A DNA stretch of 64,000 nt. It comes from a virus. Each line of letters opens with the position of its first letter. The stretch's first letter is position 1. Positions 27,670-38,579 of the stretch are shown piece after piece. The translations under genes were made by a program, and so were the position numbers. The notes under the pieces are model-generated. The model did no database searches and was not told the origin of the DNA. It saw only the letters and a list, made by a program, of their open reading frames with translations. The stretch covers positions 1 through 64,000 of IMG/VR virus record IMGVR_UViG_3300024307_000003; one strand, 5' to 3'.

Positions 27670-28271
27670 GCTGTTCTAATCCACATATAAGCTATTAAGG
27701 TGGGCTGCATGTTGTTGTGTGCCTGACCACTACCTGTGGCAGTAGTGAGAGCTTGTGGGCCAACACCAACACTTGAAAGTTCAGCACCATTAACAATAGG
27801 AGATTTAATAGCTGCATCCACTCCCTTCTGATTACCAACATAGTGGGCGTGAGAGGGGAGCTGAGCTGTGGTAATGATCTCTTGGTAGGAACCAACAATT
27901 TCTCCAGCAGTGAGAGTTCTTGATTCCCCACGAGAGTCAGTGTACGTTCCAGCACCAGCGATGGTTAATCCTGGACGTGCTGTCCAAGTTCCATATCCAA
28001 GTATTACACCGGGATTCCTATTATCAGTTGCATTGATATAAATACTCCCTATTGGAAGCTGTCCAGCAACAATTGTTCTACTATCCAAATCTTCAATGGC
28101 TTTGTAAAGCTTGTAGAACATCCAGTTCAGCTCTTCAGCATTCAAAAGCTGTTCCCAATCTACACCCGAAGTTTTTAATCCAGCAACAGGCTCTATCTTG
28201 TTAGGGCCGTTTGCATTAGGGAGGGTGACATCGTTGATGGCCCATTCTAATTCTGTGAGATCAATAGCCAT
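27666..28271 (-). CDS. tail fibre/baseplate protein
   Basis: LNAEELNW N-terminus; LPIGSIYI...GYGTW; QLPSHAH...HNNMQP...YMWIRTA. Confidence 0.8.
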   Translation of the reverse strand: MAIDLTELEWAINDVTLPNANGPNKIEPVAGLKTSGVDWEQLLNAEELNWMFYKLYKAIEDLDSRTIVAGQLPIGSIYINATDNRNPGVILGYGTWTARPGLTIAGAGTYTDSRGESRTLTAGEIVGSYQEIITTAQLPSHAHYVGNQKGVDAAIKSPIVNGAELSSVGVGPQALTTATGSGQAHNNMQPTLIAYMWIRTA

Positions 28272-28864
28272 TATGCAGCCTCCCCTCTACAAAGCACTTC
28301 AATAAAAAATCCTCTAACCACAACGGTAGCGTTGGCATCCGAATTAATTTGAATACCACTAGGATCATCTCGTGTTGAAACATTTCCAACAGGGAAATTC
28401 ACCCTTGCTGAAATTTGTTGTTCTCCCGCAGTTTTAAAGTGTAAAGATAACATCGGGAGAAGGAACTCGTCTCCACCACCGGGGTCTGTAATAACTCGGA
28501 GGTTCACTGTCTGATTAGCTCCAGTGGTGGTGACATTCGCCAGAACATTTAAATGAACCATGTCCCCAAGACTCAACTCACTCAAACTCAATCTGTTAGT
28601 GGAAGAATTCCAAAGATCCGTTACACCTTCAGGGAGATACGCATCTTCGGACATTGTTCCGGCATCATCATTCGTGAGATAATACCAAGTGCTTCCACCT
28701 GTCACCGCAATGGGAGAACCTGTTGTAGCTGTGTCAAATACAGATTGCCAACCACCACGTAATTTATCTGTTTTTGCTACACGCGTGTGCAGCTCAAAGA
28801 TATTGTTATCCAGTTCAGCATACGTCAAGGACGCGCCTTTATCTTGTCTATATACGATTGTCAT
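28271..28864 (-). CDS. tail fibre-associated protein
   Basis: RQDKGASLTYAELDNN fibre-anchor-like motif. Confidence 0.65.
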   Translation of the reverse strand: MTIVYRQDKGASLTYAELDNNIFELHTRVAKTDKLRGGWQSVFDTATTGSPIAVTGGSTWYYLTNDDAGTMSEDAYLPEGVTDLWNSSTNRLSLSELSLGDMVHLNVLANVTTTGANQTVNLRVITDPGGGDEFLLPMLSLHFKTAGEQQISARVNFPVGNVSTRDDPSGIQINSDANATVVVRGFFIEVLCRGEAA

Positions 28865-29554
28865 TTAAATAGGCTCTACATATCCAGCGTCCACATATCC
28901 GATTTGGACATACGGTAATTTGTTTGTTGTTCTTTGTGTCGGAACAGGAACTGATGCTCTTAATGATGGCATTCCTCCAGCATCTCCTCCCACTTGACTT
29001 CTACTTCCAAACCCCAGAGCGTTCGCGTTATTTGCAAACCCAAAAGGTGATCCTGTACGAGGAAGCTTGATTACACGATAAGCGGTGTTAAGAGGAAGGA
29101 TTCCAATAATCTCTTGGATGGTTTCATAAGAAGGAAGTATTTCTCCTCTCAATCCAATATCCACTTGGCGATATAATCCAGAATAGAGCAAAGGATAAAA
29201 CCCTGTACTAACGTACAAAGCTTGTGACACAGAGTCTCTTGTTCCATCTGCTCTTCTTTTTATAGAAGCCAAATAGATAGCAGATCTGAAATCATTATCA
29301 TCGTCTACAGTACGTTGTAACCCTATCTGTCTTCCAATCTCTGTAAGTTGTTCTCCAACAGCTAATGGTAATCTACGAGCTTCAGCAAGCTCCACTAACA
29401 ACGCCTCAAACTGTTGTTGTGTTTTGGCCACCAAGTTAATGATGGCCATGTAGATTTGTTTGTCTTGGAATTCATTCAGGACAAGAGCTGTAGCATCGTC
29501 AATATAGATAGGATTTGTCTTTATGAAATCAACAGTGTTTACATTTGTTGTCAT
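28865..29554 (-). CDS. baseplate wedge protein (DUF2612-like)
   Basis: AVGEQLTEIGRQIG...DDNDFR...PFGF. Confidence 0.8.
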   Translation of the reverse strand: MTTNVNTVDFIKTNPIYIDDATALVLNEFQDKQIYMAIINLVAKTQQQFEALLVELAEARRLPLAVGEQLTEIGRQIGLQRTVDDDNDFRSAIYLASIKRRADGTRDSVSQALYVSTGFYPLLYSGLYRQVDIGLRGEILPSYETIQEIIGILPLNTAYRVIKLPRTGSPFGFANNANALGFGSRSQVGGDAGGMPSLRASVPVPTQRTTNKLPYVQIGYVDAGYVEPI

Positions 29555-29567
29555 TTGTCAATTCCCA

Positions 29568-31055
29568 CTACACTAATTGATTGAAAGATACACCCCCCGG
29601 ACGAAGCACAAAGAGTTCTGTGAAGTCTGGAGTTTGATCTGCTGTTATGAAAAGAGAATCTGCATCAGAAGACCTCTTGGTGTAAACATTCACAGCTACA
29701 ATTCTATTACGAGTGGCTGTGTTAAGGGCTACGAATACAAGTTGTGTGTTATACAACATCTCTCCTATCCGAATTTCATCAAAGAAATCCTGAAGGCCAG
29801 CAACCATTGCCGACCTCTCTAAATTAGAGAGGGGAACTCTATCTGTCGTTCTGTAGTCAATTCTAACATCAACATTCACTTGAACTGCTTTGGAATGTCG
29901 GATTGTCTCCGTTCCACCATCAAGGGTGTTGACTGTGTAGCTTGTGCTTCCACTTGTCTGCGTGTTAATTGGTTTAGACGCATATATAGCTTGTGAGATT
30001 TCCGCAGTAGAACCACCAAGCACCACAACATGAAAAGACAGAGCATCAGCATCATCCCGGTTAACAGCCGTAGGGTTGTCATAGATAGTTACCTTCTCTA
30101 CTCCACCAACACGAAAGACATTACTCACTACGCCATCTCGGGTAGAAGCCCCTATAGCTTGTATTTCAGAGAAATATCTGTTTCTGTATTCAGCATCTGT
30201 CTCCACCTCACTACCAGAGTAGAAAGGAAGGACATTTGTGGCATCTACAAAGCCCGTAAATGTTGGAGTCATTGCATCAATACCACCAGAAGCCAGAGGA
30301 TAAAATCCGTCTGTCAAACTAGTGACACCCACTGCTGCCCACTTGTGACCAATAACGGGTGTTATCTGAAACTCTGTTTGTTCCGAAAGTCCTATCAATT
30401 GCTTTGAAACGACATAGAATCCAACGTATAAAGTGTCTTCTGTTGTGTCTACAAATACTCTGTCAATATTCCCATCTGTGTAAGTGAGAAACATTGAAGA
30501 AATTGCATCAAGCATTAGTCTCTTACTAGCATCTGTTCCATCATTCGTAAACACGAAGTTCTGGGTAGCTCCGTCAATAGTACTCAACAGGACAACAGAA
30601 TAGGATGTATCTGTGATTTCAGAGATTGAAAGCTTATATGCAACCACTGTAGTGGTTAATAGAAAATCATCATCAGCTTGATACACTTTACCATTAGAAG
30701 ATGTAAACTGAGTTGTGTCTGGGAGGATTGTATTGTTAGGAGCATCTTCGTCCATTTCAATGTAGACAATCCCTGTCCCCGGTTGCTTCCCTCTTCGATA
30801 CACCCCATTCTTTGAGAAGATGTCATCAAGGTAGATCCCCTCAGCACCATCCAGACGCTGAGAAGACCAAATAGCTTCCGCTACACGATTATTGTCATTT
30901 TGAAGCTTTGCCAGAATAGCCGCAATTTGTCCTAGAGGATTATCATCCCCAAGTTGGGCTTCCACTCCCATATCTTGCCGAAACATATTCTTGATCGTTT
31001 CAAGCACTTCTTCATAGGTTTCTCTTTCAAAACCATATCTTGTTATTTCAGCCAT
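29568..31055 (-). CDS. baseplate J-like protein
   Basis: AEGIYLDDI...GSEVETDAEYRNR...VVVLGG. Confidence 0.9.
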   Translation of the reverse strand: MAEITRYGFERETYEEVLETIKNMFRQDMGVEAQLGDDNPLGQIAAILAKLQNDNNRVAEAIWSSQRLDGAEGIYLDDIFSKNGVYRRGKQPGTGIVYIEMDEDAPNNTILPDTTQFTSSNGKVYQADDDFLLTTTVVAYKLSISEITDTSYSVVLLSTIDGATQNFVFTNDGTDASKRLMLDAISSMFLTYTDGNIDRVFVDTTEDTLYVGFYVVSKQLIGLSEQTEFQITPVIGHKWAAVGVTSLTDGFYPLASGGIDAMTPTFTGFVDATNVLPFYSGSEVETDAEYRNRYFSEIQAIGASTRDGVVSNVFRVGGVEKVTIYDNPTAVNRDDADALSFHVVVLGGSTAEISQAIYASKPINTQTSGSTSYTVNTLDGGTETIRHSKAVQVNVDVRIDYRTTDRVPLSNLERSAMVAGLQDFFDEIRIGEMLYNTQLVFVALNTATRNRIVAVNVYTKRSSDADSLFITADQTPDFTELFVLRPGGVSFNQLV

Positions 31056-31063
31056 ACGATTCC

Positions 31064-34000
31064 TTAAATCTTCCCTGAGTCATACAGAGAAATTATTTTT
31101 GCGTCACTCAAGACAGATTCAAATGTTGCTGCTCGTTCAATAGTTCCAGAGAAAAGAACAGTGACATTTGGCACTATTAAGCTATCTGCTCCATAGAACA
31201 CATGTTGTGCCCCTGTTGGAATATTCTCCGCCGAGGACCAAGAACCATCTGTTGTAGAAACAGTAGATACACACTCAACTCCATTTATAAATAGCCGCAG
31301 AGTATTAACAGCATCAAGATCAACAATAGCGGTTATATGGTATGTCGTGTTCAAAGATAAAACATTATTTCCATAGTTTTCACTGAAACTTCCGCTTGTT
31401 CCTTCCGTTACTAGACTAAGAACCCCAGTGTTACTCATTGCTAGAGTTAACCCTGTACGCCCAGCAGAAATCCCATTACCGTTATCTGACAGTCCCATAA
31501 TCGGAACAGGGAAAGTGCTAGGAGCAAATGCTGTTGGTCTCACCCAAACGCTGAATGTCCGCTGTCTTCCGTTTGTGGCTGTGAAGTTAGTTCTTGGTGA
31601 ACTATTAAATCCACTTATCCCACCAATGCTCCCACGAGTAAGGTCAGTTCCAGAGAAGCTACCATTTCCGTTGTAAGACAACCTGAATCCAGCAGTAAGA
31701 GATATATCACTCTGATAAGCATAGTCCTGCTCCAATTCAAATCTAATATAAGAACTTGGGGTGGATTCAAAAATATAATTGTCATGCAGTGTACGATTAC
31801 CAGTGTTGAATAACAGTCTTGCATTGGCTTCAGATATTGTACTGTTGTAGGTACTTATCTTCTCGAAAGTTCCTGTATAGTTTCTTCCAACTTGAATACT
31901 GTCATAATCACTATTTCCGGGACTCAAAGATTGGAAATATCCTCCAAAGGTTTGTACAGCAGAAACTCTGCTAGCAATAGTTCCCGGCCAGTTTCCAGTG
32001 TATATCTGACACTTGTTAGTTGTGTTGATCTGGTTTGTATCCAAACTCACAGCAATGAAAGTATTCCATCCTGCTGCTAACACTCCATTACCTGATGACC
32101 ATTGAATATAAGCTCCGTTATCGTGGGTATTGTAGTTATAGAGTCTAAACAGAATAGCACCAGCACTGGTGATTCTCAGATCCCAATACACCCAGTTTGT
32201 TGTACCATCAAAGTTGTACCCAGCCATTAAAGACGCGTCTGTTAATGTTGCCGGTAAAGATGTCCAGAAAGAGATTCCTAATTTACCGGAGCCAACTACT
32301 GGAGCAACAGGTAACACATCTGTGGGATAAAGGAACACAACAGGTTCAATTCCATTTAGAGAATTAGCTCTTGCTGAGGTTGTTCTACTGCCGTCTCGAA
32401 TGGTTCCAGCTTGACCCACCAAAGCAACTGATCCATATGTTGCAAGATTTGCTAATGGGTTAACATACTCTCTAACATCTGCTGTGCTGTAATCATTCAT
32501 CGGATAGAGTGTTTGAGGAATACGAGAAGCTTTCATAGCTTCTAGGTCATAAAGACCACCGGGGAAAATGTTCCCAGTTGTCACACTATTTCCATTTAGG
32601 ATAGTTGCGGACATTGGTTTAACTTTTCCAATTATCCCAGAGGTTGTGCTTATTCCAGATATGGTACTAGATAATCTCTTAGTTGCCGAGCCAGTTAATG
32701 CTCCAGTTCCTGTTATAGTAGCTACCAAGCGTTTTCTCATTGTCCCAGATAACGCACCACTACCTCCAATAGAGGAACTAACAAAAGTTCTCAGTCCAGA
32801 TGCTGTGGTTGTGCTAGAGCCAACTATTGTAGCTGCCATCTGCTTCACTTTAGTGAAATTAGCTGTAATGCTCCCTAAACCACTAATTGAAGATGAGCCA
32901 TATTTAATCTTTCTCAGATTAGCACTTACTGTAGAAGTACCAGCGATAGTTGTGTTACTTCCTTTATTAATAGAAGCTACGACACTGTGGACACTTGCAA
33001 TGTTAGCGCTAAACCGCTTGGTGATATTGGCCACTACGTTGGAAGTACCAACCATTACCAATCCAGAAGACTTGTTGATGCTTCCTGTAATGGCTCCATT
33101 TCCTGCTATAGTGGAAACCAATCGCTTGTTCAGAACACCGGAGGTTGTTGTGGTTCCTGTCAGAGTTGCAGACAAGGAGTATGCCGGGCCTGCGCTTACT
33201 AAACTTGTTCCAGCAATTGTAGCAACCATGTTCTTTGCTATAGCTGCTGTTACGTTGGAAGTTCCAGAAATAACTGTTCCGCCACCAAACGCTGGGGCTG
33301 CTGTTACATCCGCTGTTCCAGAAATTGTGCTGCTCATCTGTTTGGACACAGACGCTGTTACAACTCCAGCTCCTGTTATGGTGCTGGCTACTGGTTTATA
33401 CACAGTAGCAGTTAATGCTCCGCTTGCTGAAATAGCAGCAGACATCACTGTAGACATATTGGCAGTAATAGCGCCAGAAGCTGTTATCGTAGCAGATATG
33501 GCTTTAACACCATTACCCGCTGACAATGCGCCACTTCCTGTAATTGTAACGCTCTGGAATGTTCTGACAGCCGTTGCTGTAACAGAAGAAACTCCTGCTA
33601 TAGGAGCGGAAACAAACGATATATCATCCTTGGTGAGGATAGCTGATATTCCAGAGGTACCTGCAATGAACGCCGCCATAGATTTGATAGACGGAGTGAC
33701 AGGCGGTAAATATTCTTCTTGCGGAGGAAGAGTGTACACAACTTCCTGTGATGGGGTGAGGGCTACACGTCCGCGCTCTGTTCCACCAAGTGTTCTCACA
33801 ACAAATTCTAAATCATATTGTCTGGAGTTTCTGTTGTATCTGGATTCAAAGAACACCAGCTCCAGCACTTCGGGGTTCAAGAGAATTGTTCTTCGATACC
33901 AAGCATCCACTTCCAATTTGGTGATTCCGGGCTGTGCAATATAATCCCGGTTAATTCCACCAAACTGTGTGTTATTAAACCATTCCCCCTTAAAAGCTCT

Positions 34001-34114
34001 CAGCGTAACCTCAAGCTCTTGTCTGACACGTTTGTTCGTGTCTCTAACAAGGGACAACCCACCATTCTGGTAGGATAAATCCCCCGTAGTGGGGTCGATA
34101 TATAAATCGAACAT
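31064..34114 (-). CDS. gp25-like baseplate protein fused to a Ser/Thr/Gly/Ala repeat stalk and LamG-like domains
   Basis: aa 1-130 MFDLYIDPTTGDL...RQELEVTLRAFKGEWFNNTQFG; aa ~145-515 18-21-aa repeats; C-terminal TFSVWVRP...TYHITA...LFING LamG pattern. Confidence 0.8.
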   Translation of the reverse strand: MFDLYIDPTTGDLSYQNGGLSLVRDTNKRVRQELEVTLRAFKGEWFNNTQFGGINRDYIAQPGITKLEVDAWYRRTILLNPEVLELVFFESRYNRNSRQYDLEFVVRTLGGTERGRVALTPSQEVVYTLPPQEEYLPPVTPSIKSMAAFIAGTSGISAILTKDDISFVSAPIAGVSSVTATAVRTFQSVTITGSGALSAGNGVKAISATITASGAITANMSTVMSAAISASGALTATVYKPVASTITGAGVVTASVSKQMSSTISGTADVTAAPAFGGGTVISGTSNVTAAIAKNMVATIAGTSLVSAGPAYSLSATLTGTTTTSGVLNKRLVSTIAGNGAITGSINKSSGLVMVGTSNVVANITKRFSANIASVHSVVASINKGSNTTIAGTSTVSANLRKIKYGSSSISGLGSITANFTKVKQMAATIVGSSTTTASGLRTFVSSSIGGSGALSGTMRKRLVATITGTGALTGSATKRLSSTISGISTTSGIIGKVKPMSATILNGNSVTTGNIFPGGLYDLEAMKASRIPQTLYPMNDYSTADVREYVNPLANLATYGSVALVGQAGTIRDGSRTTSARANSLNGIEPVVFLYPTDVLPVAPVVGSGKLGISFWTSLPATLTDASLMAGYNFDGTTNWVYWDLRITSAGAILFRLYNYNTHDNGAYIQWSSGNGVLAAGWNTFIAVSLDTNQINTTNKCQIYTGNWPGTIASRVSAVQTFGGYFQSLSPGNSDYDSIQVGRNYTGTFEKISTYNSTISEANARLLFNTGNRTLHDNYIFESTPSSYIRFELEQDYAYQSDISLTAGFRLSYNGNGSFSGTDLTRGSIGGISGFNSSPRTNFTATNGRQRTFSVWVRPTAFAPSTFPVPIMGLSDNGNGISAGRTGLTLAMSNTGVLSLVTEGTSGSFSENYGNNVLSLNTTYHITAIVDLDAVNTLRLFINGVECVSTVSTTDGSWSSAENIPTGAQHVFYGADSLIVPNVTVLFSGTIERAATFESVLSDAKIISLYDSGKI

Positions 34115-34136
34115 CGTTGTTCTCGTTTAAAATGTA

Positions 34137-34721
34137 TTACGGAATGGGAGTGCTTGTTGGGCTACCCGGAGAAGCTGAAGTGTGTTTATGTGTTTCAATC
34201 GGTAAACCATTCAGAATATAACTTCCTGTGTGTGTAATCGTTCCAACGATCTCAATATTCCCATCCAAGCCAAGAGCAATACGAGAAGCACCACTCTCAA
34301 TAACAATCTTCCCCGGCTCTATAGGCTTCTCATCAGGGAGAGCGAAGATACAAGGGAGGGCAGCTATAGGGTGAAACTCATGTGTCTTCAGATCATCAGG
34401 GATAGAGACAGAAGCCCCATTCTGAAGCAGGCTACCGTAGTCCCTATCTGAGAACAACACCAGCACCATATCCCCTACACTCACAGGAACGGTTATACGG
34501 CTCGTTCCACCTCCCCCGCTATACACCATAAGGGGTACGTTAGAAATAGGCGGGAAGGGCTGGATATGGCCATCCTTGTACTTGGTTTGTGTCAGGATAG
34601 TGCCTGAGATTCTGTTCCCCACCACTTTAGTGACAACAGCCGGCTTGATCGTGTGAATGTGCCGCATGTAGTTCATTAGGAACTTGTTTAAAATATACAC
34701 AGGATCATTTGTATTAGACAT
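34137..34721 (-). CDS. baseplate central spike (Gp138-like)
   Basis: ITVPVSVGDMVLVLFSDRD; C-terminal HKH. Confidence 0.85.
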   Translation of the reverse strand: MSNTNDPVYILNKFLMNYMRHIHTIKPAVVTKVVGNRISGTILTQTKYKDGHIQPFPPISNVPLMVYSGGGGTSRITVPVSVGDMVLVLFSDRDYGSLLQNGASVSIPDDLKTHEFHPIAALPCIFALPDEKPIEPGKIVIESGASRIALGLDGNIEIVGTITHTGSYILNGLPIETHKHTSASPGSPTSTPIP

Positions 34722-34774
34722 TTGTTACCACTTGTGAAAATCGTTTACGATTGAACAAGAAGGAGGGTATGTGT

Positions 34775-35707
34775 TTACACATACACGACTACTTCATCCG
34801 CTTCCATGTTCGTTACCCATTCCCCGCCTTCCAAGGTTCCAGAGTGAACCACTGAGGTCACTTTATACCCACCCTTGTAAAATCCATCTGAGGATTCCAC
34901 ATACACGGTTTGATTAGGCATAATGGCTCCATTCAGGAGACACTTGATTCTAACGCTCTTCTTGGGGGACGTTTTGTCTTCTGGGTTGGTGCCCTCACTC
35001 TTGTTCAGAGGAGCAATCTCCAATAACCCGCTTTGAGCGGTTAGCTTGATGATTTCTTGTCTGGTGCCTTTATCTTTAGGCATCCAACAGACAGCTCCCT
35101 CTTGCACACTGAAATCCGAGTTGGTTATCTTGGCTATTCTCCGGAGCTGTTCACAGCTACTCCCGGCAGCATAGAAGTCACTCTTCGTCACCATCTCTGG
35201 GACGTTCAGCAAGCCTCCAGCTTTAGGAAGGCCCATATCCCCTACGATGTCTTCTACAATCGTCTTGTAGGGCGTCCCAAGAGGGTAGGAGCGTACAGAA
35301 ACAGTTTCCCGCATGTTGACACTACCATCCCCAAGAGAAAGCTCTAGAATGCTGTCAGGACTATTGAATGTATATGTGTAGCTTTCAACTGTTCCCTTGA
35401 ATATCTCTTTGATTCCAGATTCATACCCAGCAGAGAGGATTGCCCCCAAGGGCTTACCATTCAAGTTTTCAAGATACCCGAGAATTTCCTTGGGCATGTT
35501 GTAGATTGTGATGGAACCACTATTGGGGGAATCTGTGACGCTCTTGCGGATATTGAATGAGATGTTGTGTTCTGTCAGGCGGTAGGCATTGGTGGGACTC
35601 TTGGAGTCTACTAACTTCCCAATATCCACCACTTCCGGTGTGACGTAGGTGCGCTTCACTTCAATCGGTTTACCAAAATCCAATTGATACTTACGATTAA
35701 ACAGCAT
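34775..35707 (-). CDS. baseplate hub protein
   Basis: FNRKYQL...SITIYN...LSAGY...IFKG. Confidence 0.8.
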   Translation of the reverse strand: MLFNRKYQLDFGKPIEVKRTYVTPEVVDIGKLVDSKSPTNAYRLTEHNISFNIRKSVTDSPNSGSITIYNMPKEILGYLENLNGKPLGAILSAGYESGIKEIFKGTVESYTYTFNSPDSILELSLGDGSVNMRETVSVRSYPLGTPYKTIVEDIVGDMGLPKAGGLLNVPEMVTKSDFYAAGSSCEQLRRIAKITNSDFSVQEGAVCWMPKDKGTRQEIIKLTAQSGLLEIAPLNKSEGTNPEDKTSPKKSVRIKCLLNGAIMPNQTVYVESSDGFYKGGYKVTSVVHSGTLEGGEWVTNMEADEVVVYV

Positions 35708-36077
35708 CTCCTACACTCTCCGCCCAAGCGTTGATATCTTCATCTTCGCTAACAAAAATTAAAAAGAATCTACCATCCCGGAAAGTTCCTTCTTTAGAAG
35801 GTCTTCCCCATTGATCATCCATATCTATTACTTTTAGTAGTCCTTTAGGAACTTCATCATAAGCTTTATAAGGAACAAGAAGATCAATACCATTCACAAT
35901 CTTGAACTTCACTCTGGGGTCTTGCCCCAAGAGACCAACGTAGCAATACCAAGCATCTTCAAATGAGTTGTAACGATACCGGAAAGCATAATATTGATTT
36001 CCTATCTGAACACGTACACGTTGATCCTGATAGAGGTTGTTTGAATCAGGCCCACGCATTGGGAGGACAATCGGCAT
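35697..36077 (-). CDS. baseplate/virion structural protein
   Basis: FRYRYN...WY...KIVNGIDLL; syntenic position. Confidence 0.75.
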   Translation of the reverse strand: MPIVLPMRGPDSNNLYQDQRVRVQIGNQYYAFRYRYNSFEDAWYCYVGLLGQDPRVKFKIVNGIDLLVPYKAYDEVPKGLLKVIDMDDQWGRPSKEGTFRDGRFFLIFVSEDEDINAWAESVGDAV

Positions 36078-36697
36078 TAGTTGCTCTCCTGTGATTTCAT
36101 GTTAGCTTCATATTGTGCATCAGCAGCTTCTTTGTCATTAAGGAGAGGAACTATTTGGGAATGGTTCTTACCATCATTGAGATCGGTTGGTTGTTCTGCT
36201 CCGTTGTCAGTTGTCCCTTTCCCACTTTCTCCTATTTTAGCAGAGTCAATAATTGTCACTGTTATAGATTGGCTCTCAGCTAAACGAATAACTTGGATGT
36301 CACAATTGAAGTTCAAGGCTTCCATAGACTGTGCTGTGAAATCTGTTGTGTAGGTTTGAAGAATACAATTAGTAAACAGATCAAACTCAGTGACAACATC
36401 AAAAGGAGTTCTTGAGAACCAAAGTTCTTTCAACAAAGCATGAGCTTCGTCAGCCCTATTAATGTTGTTATAACCCACTTCATTATTAGGGTACTCAAAC
36501 ACTGGATGATTGGAGACACTTCCTACAATACTGATCGTAGGATTCTCATTGAACACATGGTCACTAATATTGGAACGAGTGTCCACAGGATAGGAGGTTA
36601 TTTGATTGGTAAATGTCTCCTTAACACTCATCACTGCATCAGCAACAAATGATTTTCTGGAGTCATTTCCTCCTGCCATAAAAACTGTTATTGGCAT
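36077..36697 (-). CDS. tail tube initiator/Dit-like protein
   Basis: ITSYPVD...ISDH...IVGSVSN, directly after the tape measure gene. Confidence 0.75.
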   Translation of the reverse strand: MPITVFMAGGNDSRKSFVADAVMSVKETFTNQITSYPVDTRSNISDHVFNENPTISIVGSVSNHPVFEYPNNEVGYNNINRADEAHALLKELWFSRTPFDVVTEFDLFTNCILQTYTTDFTAQSMEALNFNCDIQVIRLAESQSITVTIIDSAKIGESGKGTTDNGAEQPTDLNDGKNHSQIVPLLNDKEAADAQYEANMKSQESN

Positions 36698-36701
36698 AAT
36701 A

Positions 36702-38561
36702 TTATTCCGTTGTTGCTGTGTTAATGGCTGGCCAAGGATTACTCTGCTTTATTCTTGTTTTTAAATCTTCAGAGGGAGTAATCTGAATACTGAGGTTATT
36801 TTTGATAGATTCAGCAATCGTAGACCCCATCTTTTCTATATAGCCAAGAATTGCTTGGTCTGAAATCGGGGAAGCAAGTCCCATAGCTCCAGAAACTTTA
36901 GAACCTAAGTTCCCACTAGCTATTCCCAAATAATCATGAATCTCCTTGCGAACATTTTCATCCCCAGCAAGGTAATAAAAGACATCATGAAATAGAGCAG
37001 GAAGAAGTCTAGCATATGTAGTGACCATCGTAACTAACCAAGATATGGCACTACCAAAAGCATTAAGTAATGGACTAACCATCTTTAAGAAGAATCCAAG
37101 GTTGTCAAACAGGAGCATTAACCTTGGTTCCATTGATTTAAAGAAGGAGTTCATTGTGTCTGCCCACACCATTCCAAGCTTTGATTTCTTTTGCTCATAA
37201 GCAAAGAACTCACTATTCTTGAAATCTCCGGATCTTTCTCGCAATACTTTAGCTAACGCTTTAGCAAATTTCTCTGGAGTGAATTCTTTATTCTTTAATG
37301 CGGCATTAAACTCCGCTCCGTTCCCTTTATATCCTAATGCGTTTTGAAGCAACGCAGAGATACCCGGAATGTGTTCTGACATCTGACCATATAATTCTTC
37401 AGAGGTAAGAGCACCCTTACCATACGTCTGCATTAAGGCGTGTAAAGTCAAAGCCAACTGTTCTGCTGATAAACCCATAGCCTTAGAAAAACCAAGCATA
37501 GCTGAGAAGAGTTCACGGGTTTCACCCATATTAAACCCACCGAGATCAGCAGATAATCCAATTTTTGTCCATGCTCTTGCTGTATCAAGAAGACTGGTTC
37601 CCAGCGCCTCAGATTCTTTACGAATGTATGCCAACTCTTTTGCAGAGTTTTTTCCAAAGGCTGTTTGCATCATCATATTCATCTGGTTAAACTTAACACC
37701 AGTTTGTTCAGCGCTCATTGCAAGAGAACCAAAACCCACAGCAGCAAGTCCAACCATTCCGGCTTTTACACTACGCAATCCAGCCATCATTCCAGCAAAG
37801 CCTTGTTTCCCAGCTTTTCTCATCTGAAAGTCAAGGCTAGTTATGCTTTCTTTAAACTTGTTTACTGCGTGCGGGGCATCTCTATATTCTCTAATAATCC
37901 CTTGCAGAGTTTCATGATGGCGTTTCCATAACCCAGAATCGCTCGAAATATTAAGTTCTCGTGTTGATCTTTCAAATGCTGCGCGAGCGCGAAAGATCTG
38001 CATGTCCTGTTTGCTCTTTGCTCTAGCAATAGCCGCAAGCTGGTTAACAGAACCTTTATTAATATCCTTAGTGTATTTAGGAGGAGGAACGTTCAGTTGC
38101 TTATGAAGGTCACGGGCTTCGCTCTTTATCTTCTTGAGCTGAACAGCAAACTCAGCAGAGATCATTTCTCCGCTCTTTAATCTTTCCCCATACTTAGCTA
38201 CAGATTCTGTGAGACGATCCATGTCTGCTTTAGGAATCTTTAGGGTGCGGAAGGTGTTGTGCATACCAGCCTTAGCTGATTCCACCATAGCCTCACGCTT
38301 ACGCATGTTATAGGCAACCTTACCTATGGTGTTCCAATACCACCCTTCTCCTTGTCTTCCACCACCACTTCCTCTGCCCGTTCCTCCAGAGACAGCGGAG
38401 CTTACACGCCCACCAACAGAAATATTAGGAGAGCTTAGGCTCTCCAATTTCTTCTTGAGCTTGTCGATTTTCTTTTCAAACCGATCAATGTTCCGATAAG
38501 CAGATTGATTGATCCTAAAATCTGCTTCAGCGTAAACACTCGCTGCTCTTATTCCATCCAC
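36702..38561 (-). CDS. tape measure protein
   Basis: ALMQTYGKGALTSEELYGQMSEHIPG tape-measure motif; position. Confidence 0.9.
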   Translation of the reverse strand: MDGIRAASVYAEADFRINQSAYRNIDRFEKKIDKLKKKLESLSSPNISVGGRVSSAVSGGTGRGSGGGRQGEGWYWNTIGKVAYNMRKREAMVESAKAGMHNTFRTLKIPKADMDRLTESVAKYGERLKSGEMISAEFAVQLKKIKSEARDLHKQLNVPPPKYTKDINKGSVNQLAAIARAKSKQDMQIFRARAAFERSTRELNISSDSGLWKRHHETLQGIIREYRDAPHAVNKFKESITSLDFQMRKAGKQGFAGMMAGLRSVKAGMVGLAAVGFGSLAMSAEQTGVKFNQMNMMMQTAFGKNSAKELAYIRKESEALGTSLLDTARAWTKIGLSADLGGFNMGETRELFSAMLGFSKAMGLSAEQLALTLHALMQTYGKGALTSEELYGQMSEHIPGISALLQNALGYKGNGAEFNAALKNKEFTPEKFAKALAKVLRERSGDFKNSEFFAYEQKKSKLGMVWADTMNSFFKSMEPRLMLLFDNLGFFLKMVSPLLNAFGSAISWLVTMVTTYARLLPALFHDVFYYLAGDENVRKEIHDYLGIASGNLGSKVSGAMGLASPISDQAILGYIEKMGSTIAESIKNNLSIQITPSEDLKTRIKQSNPWPAINTATTE

Positions 38562-38579
38562 TTAATTTCCCCTAGCTTC

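Noticed and set aside
32568-33944. 458-aa plus-strand ORF
   Set aside because: Antisense shadow of the Ser/Thr/Ala/Gly repeat stalk; no SD or recognisable motif
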